Below, in pieces: positions 55,041 to 64,000 of a stretch of 64,000 bases of DNA. The position numbers and the translations under genes were made by a program. Source of the stretch: an uncultured virus (IMG/VR IMGVR_UViG_3300008110_000249) (lineage: Duplodnaviria; Heunggongvirae; Uroviricota; Caudoviricetes); IMG/VR virus record IMGVR_UViG_3300008110_000249, one strand, 5' to 3'. Numbering within the stretch: the stretch's first letter is position 1; every line of letters starts with the position of its first letter. The notes below the pieces were generated by a model, which worked only from the letters and a program-made list of their open reading frames with translations, ran no database searches and had not been told where the DNA came from.

Positions 55041-55085
55041 GCCTAAAAAATTGCAATGTATAAAGAAAAGTGATATAGTTTAACT

Positions 55086-55586
55086 ATGAATATATTATTA
55101 CTAGATGATGTAAAGTACAATTTAGAAAATCTTCCTGAAGAAGTAGAAGATTTCAGATTTGCTATTTTGGATAACAGCAATCCACATAATGTAGATTATC
55201 ATTATATACCTTTAATTTTCTTAGAAAGTTTTAGTTCGCCGGCATTAGTATTACGTATTGGTGATGCTACTGTTAAAATGCCAATCGATTGGCAAATACT
55301 TATCGGAGAAAAAGAACACGGTGATTTAGAAACATTACCGTTGACCAGTATTAATGATCGAGGTTTTAATGCATTTGTGTTTAATCCATTGTCGGGATTT
55401 AGACCAGACTTTTTGCCAATTGAAATTATTGACATTTATCATGATGTAACCTGGTACGCTCCTAGATTAAAAAATGGTCAATTTTTATGTGTTCCTATAG
55501 ATGACGGTAATAAACCTAGATGCATTTATTTTGTAAAAGAAATAAGTAGAAATTGTGAAATAGTAGACTACAAACAAACATTTTAA
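55086..55586 (+). CDS. Hypothetical protein
   Basis: ORF behind TTGCAA-17-TATAGT. Confidence 0.7.
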   Translation: MNILLLDDVKYNLENLPEEVEDFRFAILDNSNPHNVDYHYIPLIFLESFSSPALVLRIGDATVKMPIDWQILIGEKEHGDLETLPLTSINDRGFNAFVFNPLSGFRPDFLPIEIIDIYHDVTWYAPRLKNGQFLCVPIDDGNKPRCIYFVKEISRNCEIVDYKQTF

Positions 55587-55588
55587 TT

Positions 55589-56182
55589 ATGGCTTCTAAG
55601 AAAAATGTCCCCAAAGAAGAGAAAATAGAAAAACAGGATATTGACTTATTCGAGGTTCTTGCTGCACTAGATAAAAAGGACTATTCATATTATGATGCAT
55701 TATCTGACGAACAGAAAAAGAAAATAGTACCTTTCATGTTGACTCACTGGGCTAGCGCAATTAAAGGTAGTGAAAATATATCTAAATATTATGTCATGAG
55801 TACAAACACTTATGCCAACACATACCTTTTTTCAGAGTTTGTTCAACGTCATCCAAAATTGCAATGGATGATGCTGTGTTGTATTAGTCCTGGCCTAGGT
55901 AAACAATTTCACCAATGGATACCACATATACGAGATAAGGTATCTAAATACAAAGAAACTGCTACTCAAAAAGAAATCAAAGAATTTTATTCAAAAATAT
56001 ATCCTAAAGCAGATACTGATAGCATCAACGAAATATCTAAAGAATTTGTAAAAGAACAAAAGAGAAAGGTTCAATTGGGTCAACTATATCCTTATATGAA
56101 AATTTCGGATATTGAAACACTAAATCAATTAATAACAGATACTGATATTGAACAATATGAAAGAGACCGAGGAAATCTCTAA
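55589..56182 (+). CDS. Putative clamp-loader small subunit (gp62-like)
   Basis: PFML..W.S...N......HPKLQW...C...G..FHQWI pattern; replication-gene context. Confidence 0.45.
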   Translation: MASKKNVPKEEKIEKQDIDLFEVLAALDKKDYSYYDALSDEQKKKIVPFMLTHWASAIKGSENISKYYVMSTNTYANTYLFSEFVQRHPKLQWMMLCCISPGLGKQFHQWIPHIRDKVSKYKETATQKEIKEFYSKIYPKADTDSINEISKEFVKEQKRKVQLGQLYPYMKISDIETLNQLITDTDIEQYERDRGNL

Positions 56183-56858
56183 ACCTAAATATGGTTGTGA
56201 ATTTTGTGGCAGAACATTTATAAAGAAATCCACAGTTCTCAACCATATATGCGAATATAAACATCGTTGGCTAGACAAAGATAGAGCCGGGAATAGAATA
56301 GGGTTTCAGTGTTGGGTTCAATTTTATAAAAAAAATACGGCAACCAAGAAACAAAAAACGTATGAAGATTTTATAAAAAGTGCATATTATATAGCATTTG
56401 TAAAGTTTGGCAGTTATTGTATAGAAATTAATGCATTAAACATAAGTAGATTTGTAGACTGGTTAGTCAAAAATCAAATAAAATTAGACAATTGGTGTAG
56501 CGATAATACTTACACTAAATATCTGATTGAATATCTTAAAGATGAAAATGCATTGGATGCATTATACAGAAGTATAGAAACCACAATAGAATTGTCAAAA
56601 ATAGAAGGTATACAAAGCAAAGATTATCTTAGGTATGGTAATAAAAATAAAATATGCCACGCTATTACTTCAGGCAAAATAAGCCCATGGTTACTATATC
56701 AATCTAGTAGTGGTATAGAATTTATTGATAGTTTAGATAATACTCAGGTAAAAATGATTTTAGATTACATAAATCCTGAAAAATGGGCATTAAAATTTTT
56801 ACGATATATTGATGAGGTTAATCAAGTTAAAGAAATATTAAATGAGTCAGGTTATTAA
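56157..56858 (+). CDS. Protein with N-terminal zinc finger
   Basis: YGCEFCGRTF......LNHIC. Confidence 0.7.
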   Translation: MKETEEISKPKYGCEFCGRTFIKKSTVLNHICEYKHRWLDKDRAGNRIGFQCWVQFYKKNTATKKQKTYEDFIKSAYYIAFVKFGSYCIEINALNISRFVDWLVKNQIKLDNWCSDNTYTKYLIEYLKDENALDALYRSIETTIELSKIEGIQSKDYLRYGNKNKICHAITSGKISPWLLYQSSSGIEFIDSLDNTQVKMILDYINPEKWALKFLRYIDEVNQVKEILNESGY

Positions 56859-56866
56859 TAAAAACC

Positions 56867-57082
56867 ATGATAGGTACCAAAATAATAGTAAGCATATTTG
56901 ACAAAACTGACTTAGTTAAATTTATACAACTATTGGTTAGTAACAATTTATGGTACGGAATCGATTATACAATTTCATACGAACTTAATCATCATACATC
57001 AAGTGATATGGATTTTACTAGATCAGTAATATTTTATTTTAAGAAAAGTAAAAATGGTATATGGTTTTCCCTACTAGTTTAA
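56867..57082 (+). CDS. Small protein (L(K/R)W-like family)
   Basis: Ends FYFKKSKNGIWFSLLV. Confidence 0.5.
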   Translation: MIGTKIIVSIFDKTDLVKFIQLLVSNNLWYGIDYTISYELNHHTSSDMDFTRSVIFYFKKSKNGIWFSLLV

Positions 57083-57303
57083 ACTTTTATGATTACAGAA
57101 AAGGGTATTATGATACTAATCCTGGGTGGTACGAACATACAATACATACTAATATAAAAGACAATCATATTGAGGCACTAAATTGGTTATATGAAAATAT
57201 AAACAATCCTGAAAAACATTGTAGGTGGTGTAGTTTTAACGATAGGTTTTGTGTAAAATTTAGATATGAAAAAAATTATGTTTGGTTTAGTTTGAGATTT
57301 TAA
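57061..57303 (+). CDS. Small protein (L(K/R)W-like family)
   Basis: WLYENI...RW...KFRYEKNYVWFSLRF. Confidence 0.6.
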   Translation: MVFPTSLNFYDYRKGYYDTNPGWYEHTIHTNIKDNHIEALNWLYENINNPEKHCRWCSFNDRFCVKFRYEKNYVWFSLRF

Positions 57304-57306
57304 GAA

Positions 57307-57645
57307 ATGTCAAAAATTTTTAATATTAGCCAAAATAATTCATTTTATATATTGACATGGTCTGATAACCTACTCAGTTTCACTTCCAGTTTTGATTTAA
57401 TTGAACTTTCTTTTAACTTAACAAATTCACATGAAATCGGTTTGAAAATTAAATTAAACACTAATGAATATGACATACTATGGATAAAAGATTTAGTATA
57501 TTTTGATAATAATTTCAAAGAATATTCTAGATATTTACACTCTATGTATAAAATATATGGAGTTGCATTTATGAATCAAGACCAAGCAATAAAAATTCAA
57601 AAAGAAATTAGTAAAAAGTACGCATGGGAAATACTTAAAAAATAA
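57307..57645 (+). CDS. Hypothetical protein
   Basis: Packed ORF. Confidence 0.5.
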   Translation: MSKIFNISQNNSFYILTWSDNLLSFTSSFDLIELSFNLTNSHEIGLKIKLNTNEYDILWIKDLVYFDNNFKEYSRYLHSMYKIYGVAFMNQDQAIKIQKEISKKYAWEILKK

Positions 57646-57648
57646 ATT

Positions 57649-58350
57649 ATGATAACAAATACAAATGAGTTAATACAAGGTGTAGGATATACAATATATG
57701 AAAATCTAATTCCTATAGATTTAATAGATTCTATTACTAGTAAACTCAATACATTATATCCAGTGCGTGCATCTAGTTCTAATAAACAGTATGCAGAAAA
57801 TAATGATATTAAAAATTTGCCTGATATCAGTGTTTGGTGGAGCCAATCAGTAATGGATTGGCCTGAGATTATTTTAATCAACAATATTATAAAACAAAAA
57901 GTAGATGCTTTGTTAAACAATTCATCTTGGTATTCAAGCGATATAGTAACTATATCTGCAAATAGTAAATGGGTAAATCCACATGTAGATACTCCGCATA
58001 GATTCAAAAAATTCAATTACGATAAACGATTTTTGGGAATACAGGCAATATGTTCTTTATACGATTTAGACCATTCCAATGGCTCTACTGGTATAGTACC
58101 GAACAGTCAACACAAAGATTTTAATATAAATCTATGCTATCAAGGGATGTACAATTCATGGTTTTTGAAAAATTGTATACAACCTACACTCCCTAAAGGA
58201 ACTATTTTATTGTATAACTCTAGATTATTGCATAGTAGTATGCCGAATCCAACCAATTTGGATCGCCCAGCACTATTGTTTAATTATCTTGAAAATAGTA
58301 TAATAAATGAAATTCGTTCTGATGATAATATTTGGAAATCAAATAATTAA
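57649..58350 (+). CDS. Phytanoyl-CoA dioxygenase (PhyH)-like 2OG-Fe(II) oxygenase
   Basis: PHVDTP, NGSTGIVPNSQ, KGTILLYNSRLLHSSMPN.T...R. Confidence 0.85.
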   Translation: MITNTNELIQGVGYTIYENLIPIDLIDSITSKLNTLYPVRASSSNKQYAENNDIKNLPDISVWWSQSVMDWPEIILINNIIKQKVDALLNNSSWYSSDIVTISANSKWVNPHVDTPHRFKKFNYDKRFLGIQAICSLYDLDHSNGSTGIVPNSQHKDFNINLCYQGMYNSWFLKNCIQPTLPKGTILLYNSRLLHSSMPNPTNLDRPALLFNYLENSIINEIRSDDNIWKSNN

Positions 58351-58365
58351 CTACTCTAACTTTAT

Positions 58366-58581
58366 ATGAAAGTTTTATCCAAACTCCCGTATTTAGAAAA
58401 TATTAGTAAGGAATACAACACGCAATTTTCCAGGCAGGAACCTAATAAATGGTTTAGTGATCATTATAGACAATGGTTAATGCAATTTGGTTTTAAAGTT
58501 CCTGCCAAAGGTAATTATTTGGAATTCTTACATGAATACACTGAGCATGATCTACTATTGTTTACACTAAAATGGTCTTAG
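58366..58581 (+). CDS. Small protein (L(K/R)W family)
   Basis: Ends EHDLLLFTLKWS. Confidence 0.6.
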   Translation: MKVLSKLPYLENISKEYNTQFSRQEPNKWFSDHYRQWLMQFGFKVPAKGNYLEFLHEYTEHDLLLFTLKWS

Positions 58582-58811
58582 TAAAACACTTAGAACATTT
58601 TCCATATGTCATAGCACTAGAAAGAGAAATATCTTATGATGCTCGGCTGTGGTGTGAAAATCAATTTGGTCCCATGTGGAACCAAATAAAGAATCAGAAT
58701 GGAATTTGGTATTTTTCATTTGGCGGCCCTAAAACAGGTAACTATTATGCATTTGAATGGTTTTTTCTTAATGAACAGCATATCATGCTATTCTCTTTAA
58801 GATGGTCCTAA
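58572..58811 (+). CDS. Small protein (L(K/R)W family)
   Basis: WCENQFGP...W...FLNEQHIMLFSLRWS. Confidence 0.65.
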   Translation: MVLVKHLEHFPYVIALEREISYDARLWCENQFGPMWNQIKNQNGIWYFSFGGPKTGNYYAFEWFFLNEQHIMLFSLRWS

Positions 58812-59035
58812 TGAAAATTCATCTTTATATAGAACAAGGAATAGTTGATCGTGGTTGGAATATTATTTTTTTTAGAGATATATCACATGAGAAGGCTGAA
58901 GAAATAATTAATTGGTGTTATATTACGTATGGTTATCCAAAAATTAATTCTGAGTGGGAAAATTGCATGGGTCACAATGAAATAAGATTTGCAAATATCA
59001 AAGATGTAACAACTTTCCTACTAAGATGGAATTAG
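58811..59035 (+). CDS. Small protein (L(K/R)W family)
   Basis: WCYITYG...W...RFANIKDVTTFLLRWN. Confidence 0.65.
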   Translation: MKIHLYIEQGIVDRGWNIIFFRDISHEKAEEIINWCYITYGYPKINSEWENCMGHNEIRFANIKDVTTFLLRWN

Positions 59036-59064
59036 TTACACATCAAATGTCTAAGGAGTAAGAG

Positions 59065-59631
59065 ATGAGTACGGATATTATGATCGATCTAGAAACATTA
59101 GATACTAGTCCCGATTGTGTCATTTTGACGATAGGAGCAGTATCCTTTAATCCAAAAGGTATGGGAGTAATAGAAAGATTAGAACTTAGACCAACAGTAG
59201 AGGATCAGACAGAAATTTATTCTAGAGTAATAAATGATAGCACACTAAAATGGTGGGCTACTCAAAGTCCTGACGCACTTGAAGAAGCATTAGGTGATCA
59301 AGGTAGAACATCTTTTAAGTCTTGTATGGAAACTCTTTATAAATTTTGTTGGAATAGGCGTGCAGTTTGGAGTAACGGTGCAAGTTTCGATATAGTAGCA
59401 TGTGAACATGCGTTCAGGCAAACATTAACTGAATATCCTAATCCTATTCCATGGCCGTTTTACACCGTAAGAGATACTAGGACTATATATGAAGTGACCG
59501 GAGTAAGTCTTAAAGATAAAAAATATGGTAGCAAAACTACACATAAAGCAATTGAAGATGCGGAACATCAGGCTATTGTTGTACAGGATGCATATAAAAA
59601 ATTGATAAAAGTTGAGTTAGTCAAAACATGA
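59065..59631 (+). CDS. DEDDh 3'-5' exonuclease/exoribonuclease (Rv2179c-like)
   Basis: MIDLETL, ILTIGAV, WSNGASFD, RDTRT, HKAIEDA. Confidence 0.88.
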   Translation: MSTDIMIDLETLDTSPDCVILTIGAVSFNPKGMGVIERLELRPTVEDQTEIYSRVINDSTLKWWATQSPDALEEALGDQGRTSFKSCMETLYKFCWNRRAVWSNGASFDIVACEHAFRQTLTEYPNPIPWPFYTVRDTRTIYEVTGVSLKDKKYGSKTTHKAIEDAEHQAIVVQDAYKKLIKVELVKT

Positions 59632-60206
59632 AATTTAACAGTGACATTGACATAGATTTCGGTGCTAGAGAAAAAGTATTGTCATTAATTGAACACATAC
59701 CTGCAAGTATGCGGAAGGTTGTTCCTATAAGAAAGCATGCTACTGGTATTCATGTAACTGAAATTCCATATGATCCTATCAATGACATGGCATCAATTGA
59801 CTACTCTGATGCTGAAAAACGTGGATATCTTAAATTAGATTTTTTGAATGTTCACGTTTATAATCATATTCGTGACGAATTGCATTTAATAGAATTAATG
59901 AGAGAACCTAATTGGGAAAATCTAAAAAATAAAGATTTTGTAGAAAAACTTATACATCTGAGCAATCATTATTCTACTATGTGTAAGATGCCTGAACCTA
60001 TAGATTCTATACCTAGGCTATCTATGTTTTTAGCAATTATTAGACCTAGTAAAAAACATTTGATAGGTAAAACATGGAAAGAAATTTCTAAAACAGTATG
60101 GAATAAAGAAAGCGATGGATATGCATTCAAAAAAAGTCATAGCCTGGCCTACTCGCACCTTGTAGTTGTGCATATGAATTTATTAGAGTCTAATTTTGAT
60201 ACTTAA
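59628..60206 (+). CDS. Miniature DNA polymerase III alpha (DnaE)-like palm-domain protein
   Basis: SDIDIDF, KHATGI, GYLKLDFL, AIIRP, YAFKKSHSLAY in DnaE order within 192 aa. Confidence 0.8.
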   Translation: MKFNSDIDIDFGAREKVLSLIEHIPASMRKVVPIRKHATGIHVTEIPYDPINDMASIDYSDAEKRGYLKLDFLNVHVYNHIRDELHLIELMREPNWENLKNKDFVEKLIHLSNHYSTMCKMPEPIDSIPRLSMFLAIIRPSKKHLIGKTWKEISKTVWNKESDGYAFKKSHSLAYSHLVVVHMNLLESNFDT

Positions 60207-60678
60207 GTTAGTTCCAGAAACAGATCCTATATTACATAAAACAATTCCGTCATGGTCATTTGATGGTACAAACCTACATCAAACAATATCTGATATGACC
60301 GAAACAATGCTACACTATAATGGGATAGGAATAGCTGCACCTCAAGTAGGATTGTCTATAAGATTATTTGTAATTGGCACACCTGACAATATTATGGCAT
60401 GTATTAATCCTGAAATCATAGAAGAATATAATTTAGTGAAAAATACTGAAGGATGCCTGAGTTTCCCAAACTTATATTTACCTATTGTTAGACATAATGT
60501 CATTAGAGTTAGATATCAAGACGAATATGGAACCTTTTTTGAAAAAGAATTGTCAGGTATTATGGCAGTAGCGTTCCAACATGAATTAGATCATTTAAAT
60601 GGTATTACATTTAATGATAAGGTTAGCAACTTAGTACTAACACTGGGATTGAAGAAAAGAAAAAAGAAGTTAAGATAA
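60196..60678 (+). CDS. def: Peptide deformylase
   Basis: GIGIAAPQVG, EGCLS, QHELDHLNG. Confidence 0.93.
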   Translation: MILKLVPETDPILHKTIPSWSFDGTNLHQTISDMTETMLHYNGIGIAAPQVGLSIRLFVIGTPDNIMACINPEIIEEYNLVKNTEGCLSFPNLYLPIVRHNVIRVRYQDEYGTFFEKELSGIMAVAFQHELDHLNGITFNDKVSNLVLTLGLKKRKKKLR

Positions 60679-61050
60679 TCTTTTTATTAACGTAATACTA
60701 CGTCTTTTTGATCTACGCTTATGTAATTCATTCATACTAGTGACAGGACCATGCAAAATAATTAAACTTTTGTTTATGAATGTTCTTAGATAAGGCTTGA
60801 ATGGTGTCCATTCTTCTTTTAAAAATAAATTTATAGGTATAAGTCTATTACTTTCCCACCACCAAATATCACCCAATTCTAAGAATTTATTTTTTATATT
60901 AGATTCTACGATTGCTCCATAATCATATATAGTGGTTACGTTTTCATCTCTATTTTGTATTATGCCTACATAGTCTTGGTTGGCATACGAACATACTGTT
61001 ATGAATGGGTGTGTTTCGCTAAGTTTTTTAAAAAACTCTTGTTGTATCAT
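60670..61050 (-). CDS. Hypothetical protein (only convincing minus-strand gene)
   Basis: Fills a gap between + genes; minus-strand TAAATA just upstream; WWWESNR.IPINLFL. Confidence 0.7.
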   Translation of the reverse strand: MIQQEFFKKLSETHPFITVCSYANQDYVGIIQNRDENVTTIYDYGAIVESNIKNKFLELGDIWWWESNRLIPINLFLKEEWTPFKPYLRTFINKSLIILHGPVTSMNELHKRRSKRRSITLIKRLS

Positions 61051-61144
61051 CGTAAAATAATCTCGGATCTAATTATTTACTCTTTTTTACCCGAACTTAA
61101 TATTTTAATATTATAGTACTAAATACAAGAAAGAGGATTATTCT

Positions 61145-61924
61145 GTGTATTCAACACCTGTCTTTATTTACACACAACGACAAATAGTTGTATTGATATT
61201 CGGAAACTCAGCGAGGAGATATATGCCCGTATACGCTAAGCCATTGACTCTGCACAAAGGTGTAGATAATCAAATTCAATTTCAATTTTTAAACCAAGAA
61301 CAAAAACCGGTTGACATTACAGGAAAAGAAATAACCTTAAGAATTATTAGTTATGATGGTACAGAAGTTTTATTGCAAAAAGGACTTGATTTAACTTACG
61401 CTCTTAATGGATTGGCGGTACTAACATTGAACGCGGCAGATATAGAAGATATTGATGCACAAAAAGCACATTATTCTTTAGAAATTCCAGTAGGAGCATT
61501 TGATTTTCCAGTATTTGTAGATCAAAATGCAGGGGCCCGTGGTGATATGAACATAGTAAATTCTGTTCTTCCTGCATTTGTGCCATCGGCCAATATATCT
61601 ATTCCCACTGGTCAACCATTTCCAAACTTAGATCCCAATAATAGTCCGGGAAATGCACTACCCAATGCAAACACATATTATAGTAGTGTAATGAGCACTG
61701 AAGATAACTCAATCTTAACACTTCAAGTTGGATTAGATCAATATAATGGGGATATTTTAGTAGAAGGATCTAGTATTGTTGATGGTGATTGGTATCCTAT
61801 AACCACTTCTGCTTATTCTAATAACAGTAATACGCAAGGATATACAGTAACAGGTTACCATCCCTATGTAAGAATGGCATTTACTAGTAATGCCGGCGCA
61901 GTAACCAATATATTGGCTAGATAA
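61145..61924 (+). CDS. Probable virion structural protein (beta-rich)
   Basis: KGVDNQIQFQFLNQEQKPVDITG; TAAATA and GAGG upstream. Confidence 0.55.
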   Translation: MYSTPVFIYTQRQIVVLIFGNSARRYMPVYAKPLTLHKGVDNQIQFQFLNQEQKPVDITGKEITLRIISYDGTEVLLQKGLDLTYALNGLAVLTLNAADIEDIDAQKAHYSLEIPVGAFDFPVFVDQNAGARGDMNIVNSVLPAFVPSANISIPTGQPFPNLDPNNSPGNALPNANTYYSSVMSTEDNSILTLQVGLDQYNGDILVEGSSIVDGDWYPITTSAYSNNSNTQGYTVTGYHPYVRMAFTSNAGAVTNILAR

Positions 61925-61972
61925 AAATTTCATTTGCTTGAATAAAACTACATACTATGATAAAATAGTAGT

Positions 61973-62950
61973 ATGATATTTGATATCTTAACCATTGTTC
62001 CGGGTAGAAAAAAACTTACTCAAAGTGGCTGGCATAGTTTTAATGCTATCTGCTGTCATAATCGAGGTCATAAGGTTGATCGTCGTAGTCGCGGCGGAAT
62101 AAAATTTGATGGAGACAATTGGAGTATGCACTGCTTCAATTGTGGATTCAAGTGTGGTTTTACATTAGGAAAAAGTTTTACAAAAAATACAAAAACCTTT
62201 TTAACTTGGTGCGGAATAGATGAGAATGAAATTCAAAAATGGAGTTTAGCAAGTTTACAGCATAAAGATTTACTCTCATATATACAAGTAAAAAAACAAA
62301 AACTAAAAGTAAAATTTAAGGAACGTGAATTACCTGAAGGTGAACTATTAGATATTGAAAATGATAAACATAAAGTGTACATAGATTATCTATCTAAGAG
62401 AGGAATAGATTTCAAGTCTTATCCTTATCTAGTTACTCCTAATGAATCAGGACGAATGTCAAATAGAATTATTATTCCTTATACTTACCAAAATAAAATT
62501 GTTGGTCACACTAGTAGATTCTTAGATAATAAGATACCTAAATACATAAACGAACAACAGTCGGGGTATGTGTTTGGATTAGACTTTCAAAAATCAAATT
62601 GGCAAGTATGTATTTTGGTAGAAGGAATATTTGATGCATTAAGTATTAATGCATGTGCATTAACACACAATACAATAAATGATGATCAAGTTTATCTGTT
62701 GGCTACGCTGAATAAAAGAATAATTTTTGTTCCGGATCGTGATAAAACGGGCTTAGAAACATGTGATAGGGCATTAGAGTTAGGATATAGCGTTAGCATT
62801 CCTAATTGGGACATTGATGTAAAAGATGTTAATGATGCGGTGGTAAAATATGGTAAATTTTGTACATTATTAAGTATATTACAGAACGCCACAACAAACA
62901 AAGTAAAAATAGAAATGCAGAGGAAAAAGATTGGCAAGCAAAGAATATAA
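61973..62950 (+). CDS. DNA primase (zinc finger plus TOPRIM)
   Basis: CC...HCFNCG zinc finger, RIIIP, LVEGIFDAL, PDRDKTG, KDVNDA. Confidence 0.88.
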   Translation: MIFDILTIVPGRKKLTQSGWHSFNAICCHNRGHKVDRRSRGGIKFDGDNWSMHCFNCGFKCGFTLGKSFTKNTKTFLTWCGIDENEIQKWSLASLQHKDLLSYIQVKKQKLKVKFKERELPEGELLDIENDKHKVYIDYLSKRGIDFKSYPYLVTPNESGRMSNRIIIPYTYQNKIVGHTSRFLDNKIPKYINEQQSGYVFGLDFQKSNWQVCILVEGIFDALSINACALTHNTINDDQVYLLATLNKRIIFVPDRDKTGLETCDRALELGYSVSIPNWDIDVKDVNDAVVKYGKFCTLLSILQNATTNKVKIEMQRKKIGKQRI

Positions 62951-64000
62951 TACTGATATGCAGGTTTTGTTCCTTCGTATGATGGTTACAAACGCAGAAC
63001 TTTATACTAGAATAACAAACATCATGAATCCTGCTAATTTCGAAAAGAAATTGAAATCAGTGGCTGAATTCATAGTAGAGCATAGTAAAAAATATAATAT
63101 TATGCCTGAACCTACACAAATTAAAGCAGTGACCGGTGTAGATATCGACTTAATTCCTGAAATCAATGATGGACATACTGATTGGTTTTTAGAAGAGTTT
63201 GAAAGTTTTACAAAAAGACAAGAATTAGAACGTGCGATTCTTAAATCGGCTGACCTATTAGAAAAGGGTGATTTTGATCCGGTAGAAAAATTAATCAAAG
63301 ATGCAGTTCAAATTAGTTTACAGAAAGATATGGGCACTGATTACTTTGCTGATCCTAAAGGTAGGCTAATGGCATTGAAATCCAATAATGGACAAAATAG
63401 TACAGGTTGGCCTAGTATGGATCAGAAATTATATGGAGGATTTAATAGAGGAGAATTACAAATTTTTGCAGGAGGATCAGGATCGGGAAAAAGTCTATTC
63501 ATGCAAAATTTGGCTGTTAACTGGGCACAAGCAGGGTTGAATGGGGTATATGTTACATTAGAACTTAGCGAAGGTCTATGTAGTATGCGTATTGACAGCA
63601 TGATGACCGATACCAGTAGTCGAGAAATTTTCAAAGACATTGATAATGTTGAGATGAAGGTCAAGATGTTGTCTAAGAAAGCAGGAAAATTGCGTATAAA
63701 ATATATGCCAGCACAAAGTACGGTTAATGATTTACGTGCATATTGTAAAGAATTACAGATCCAAACAGGAGTAAAACTAGATTTTTTATGTGTAGATTAT
63801 CTAGACTTGTTAATGCCCGTAAGTGCTAAAGTTAGCCCTAGTGATCTATTTGTCAAGGACAAGTATGTTAGTGAAGAACTACGTAATCTAGCAAAAGAGA
63901 TGAATATATTATTTGTGACTGCCAGTCAATTGAATAGATCAGCGGTTGAAGAAATTGAATTTGATCATAGTCATATTTCAGGTGGCATATCTAAGATCAA
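62931..64000 (+). CDS. Replicative DnaB/gp41-like helicase (3' truncated by window edge), not in ORF track
   Basis: TTG start (MASKEYNTDMQ...); STGW..MD..LYGGFNRGEL, AGGSGSGKS, TLELSE, VDYLDL, TASQLNR. Confidence 0.9.
   Translation, partial: MASKEYNTDMQVLFLRMMVTNAELYTRITNIMNPANFEKKLKSVAEFIVEHSKKYNIMPEPTQIKAVTGVDIDLIPEINDGHTDWFLEEFESFTKRQELERAILKSADLLEKGDFDPVEKLIKDAVQISLQKDMGTDYFADPKGRLMALKSNNGQNSTGWPSMDQKLYGGFNRGELQIFAGGSGSGKSLFMQNLAVNWAQAGLNGVYVTLELSEGLCSMRIDSMMTDTSSREIFKDIDNVEMKVKMLSKKAGKLRIKYMPAQSTVNDLRAYCKELQIQTGVKLDFLCVDYLDLLMPVSAKVSPSDLFVKDKYVSEELRNLAKEMNILFVTASQLNRSAVEEIEFDHSHISGGISKI

Noticed and set aside
55086..55586. Possible degenerate Hint/intein-like domain after uvsW
   Set aside because: No Cys1, TxxH or terminal HN motif visible; cannot be supported without a profile search
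62692..63664. Minus-strand ORFs at the window end
   Set aside because: They overlap the clear + strand primase and helicase genes
1..64000. Stop-codon reassignment (alternative genetic code)
   Set aside because: Conserved genes are full length in code 11 and end in TAA, TAG and TGA; the few breaks are frame or deletion events, not in-frame stops

Overview
This is a 64-kb segment of a large, AT-rich, T4-like (Tevenvirinae-related) tailed dsDNA phage genome, probably from a Gram-negative host (spanin-like and lipoprotein genes). Almost all real genes are on the + strand. In order it holds: (1) 1-16.7 kb, a glycan/surface-modification island with radical SAM enzymes (two B12-binding), a GDP-mannose-epimerase-like SDR, three SGNH-like proteins, a NodU/CmcH carbamoyltransferase with an unannotated 32-aa 'PFIY' peptide upstream, and a large tandem-repeat/glycosyltransferase-like protein; (2) auxiliary and early genes (DUF3445-like, 2OG-Fe(II) oxygenases, MoxR AAA plus VWA-peptidase, DHFR/ThyA, sugar epimerase/aminotransferase); (3) lysis and virion genes, and a terminase large subunit broken into two genes by an atypically split intein with a free-standing GIY-YIG endonuclease between the halves; (4) a T4-like replication/recombination block (gp32 SSB, UvsX with an endonuclease inserted at its 5' end, UvsY, UvsW, a mini-DnaE, primase, helicase) interleaved with GC-richer early genes behind a repeated TTGACAATAAAT-N11-TATAAT promoter. 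Several T4-type late promoters (TAAATA) lie inside hairpins that mask ribosome-binding sites. Several short apparent deletions may be real lesions or assembly errors. No tRNA, rRNA or CRISPR array was seen. All family calls come from motifs recognised by eye, not from database searches.
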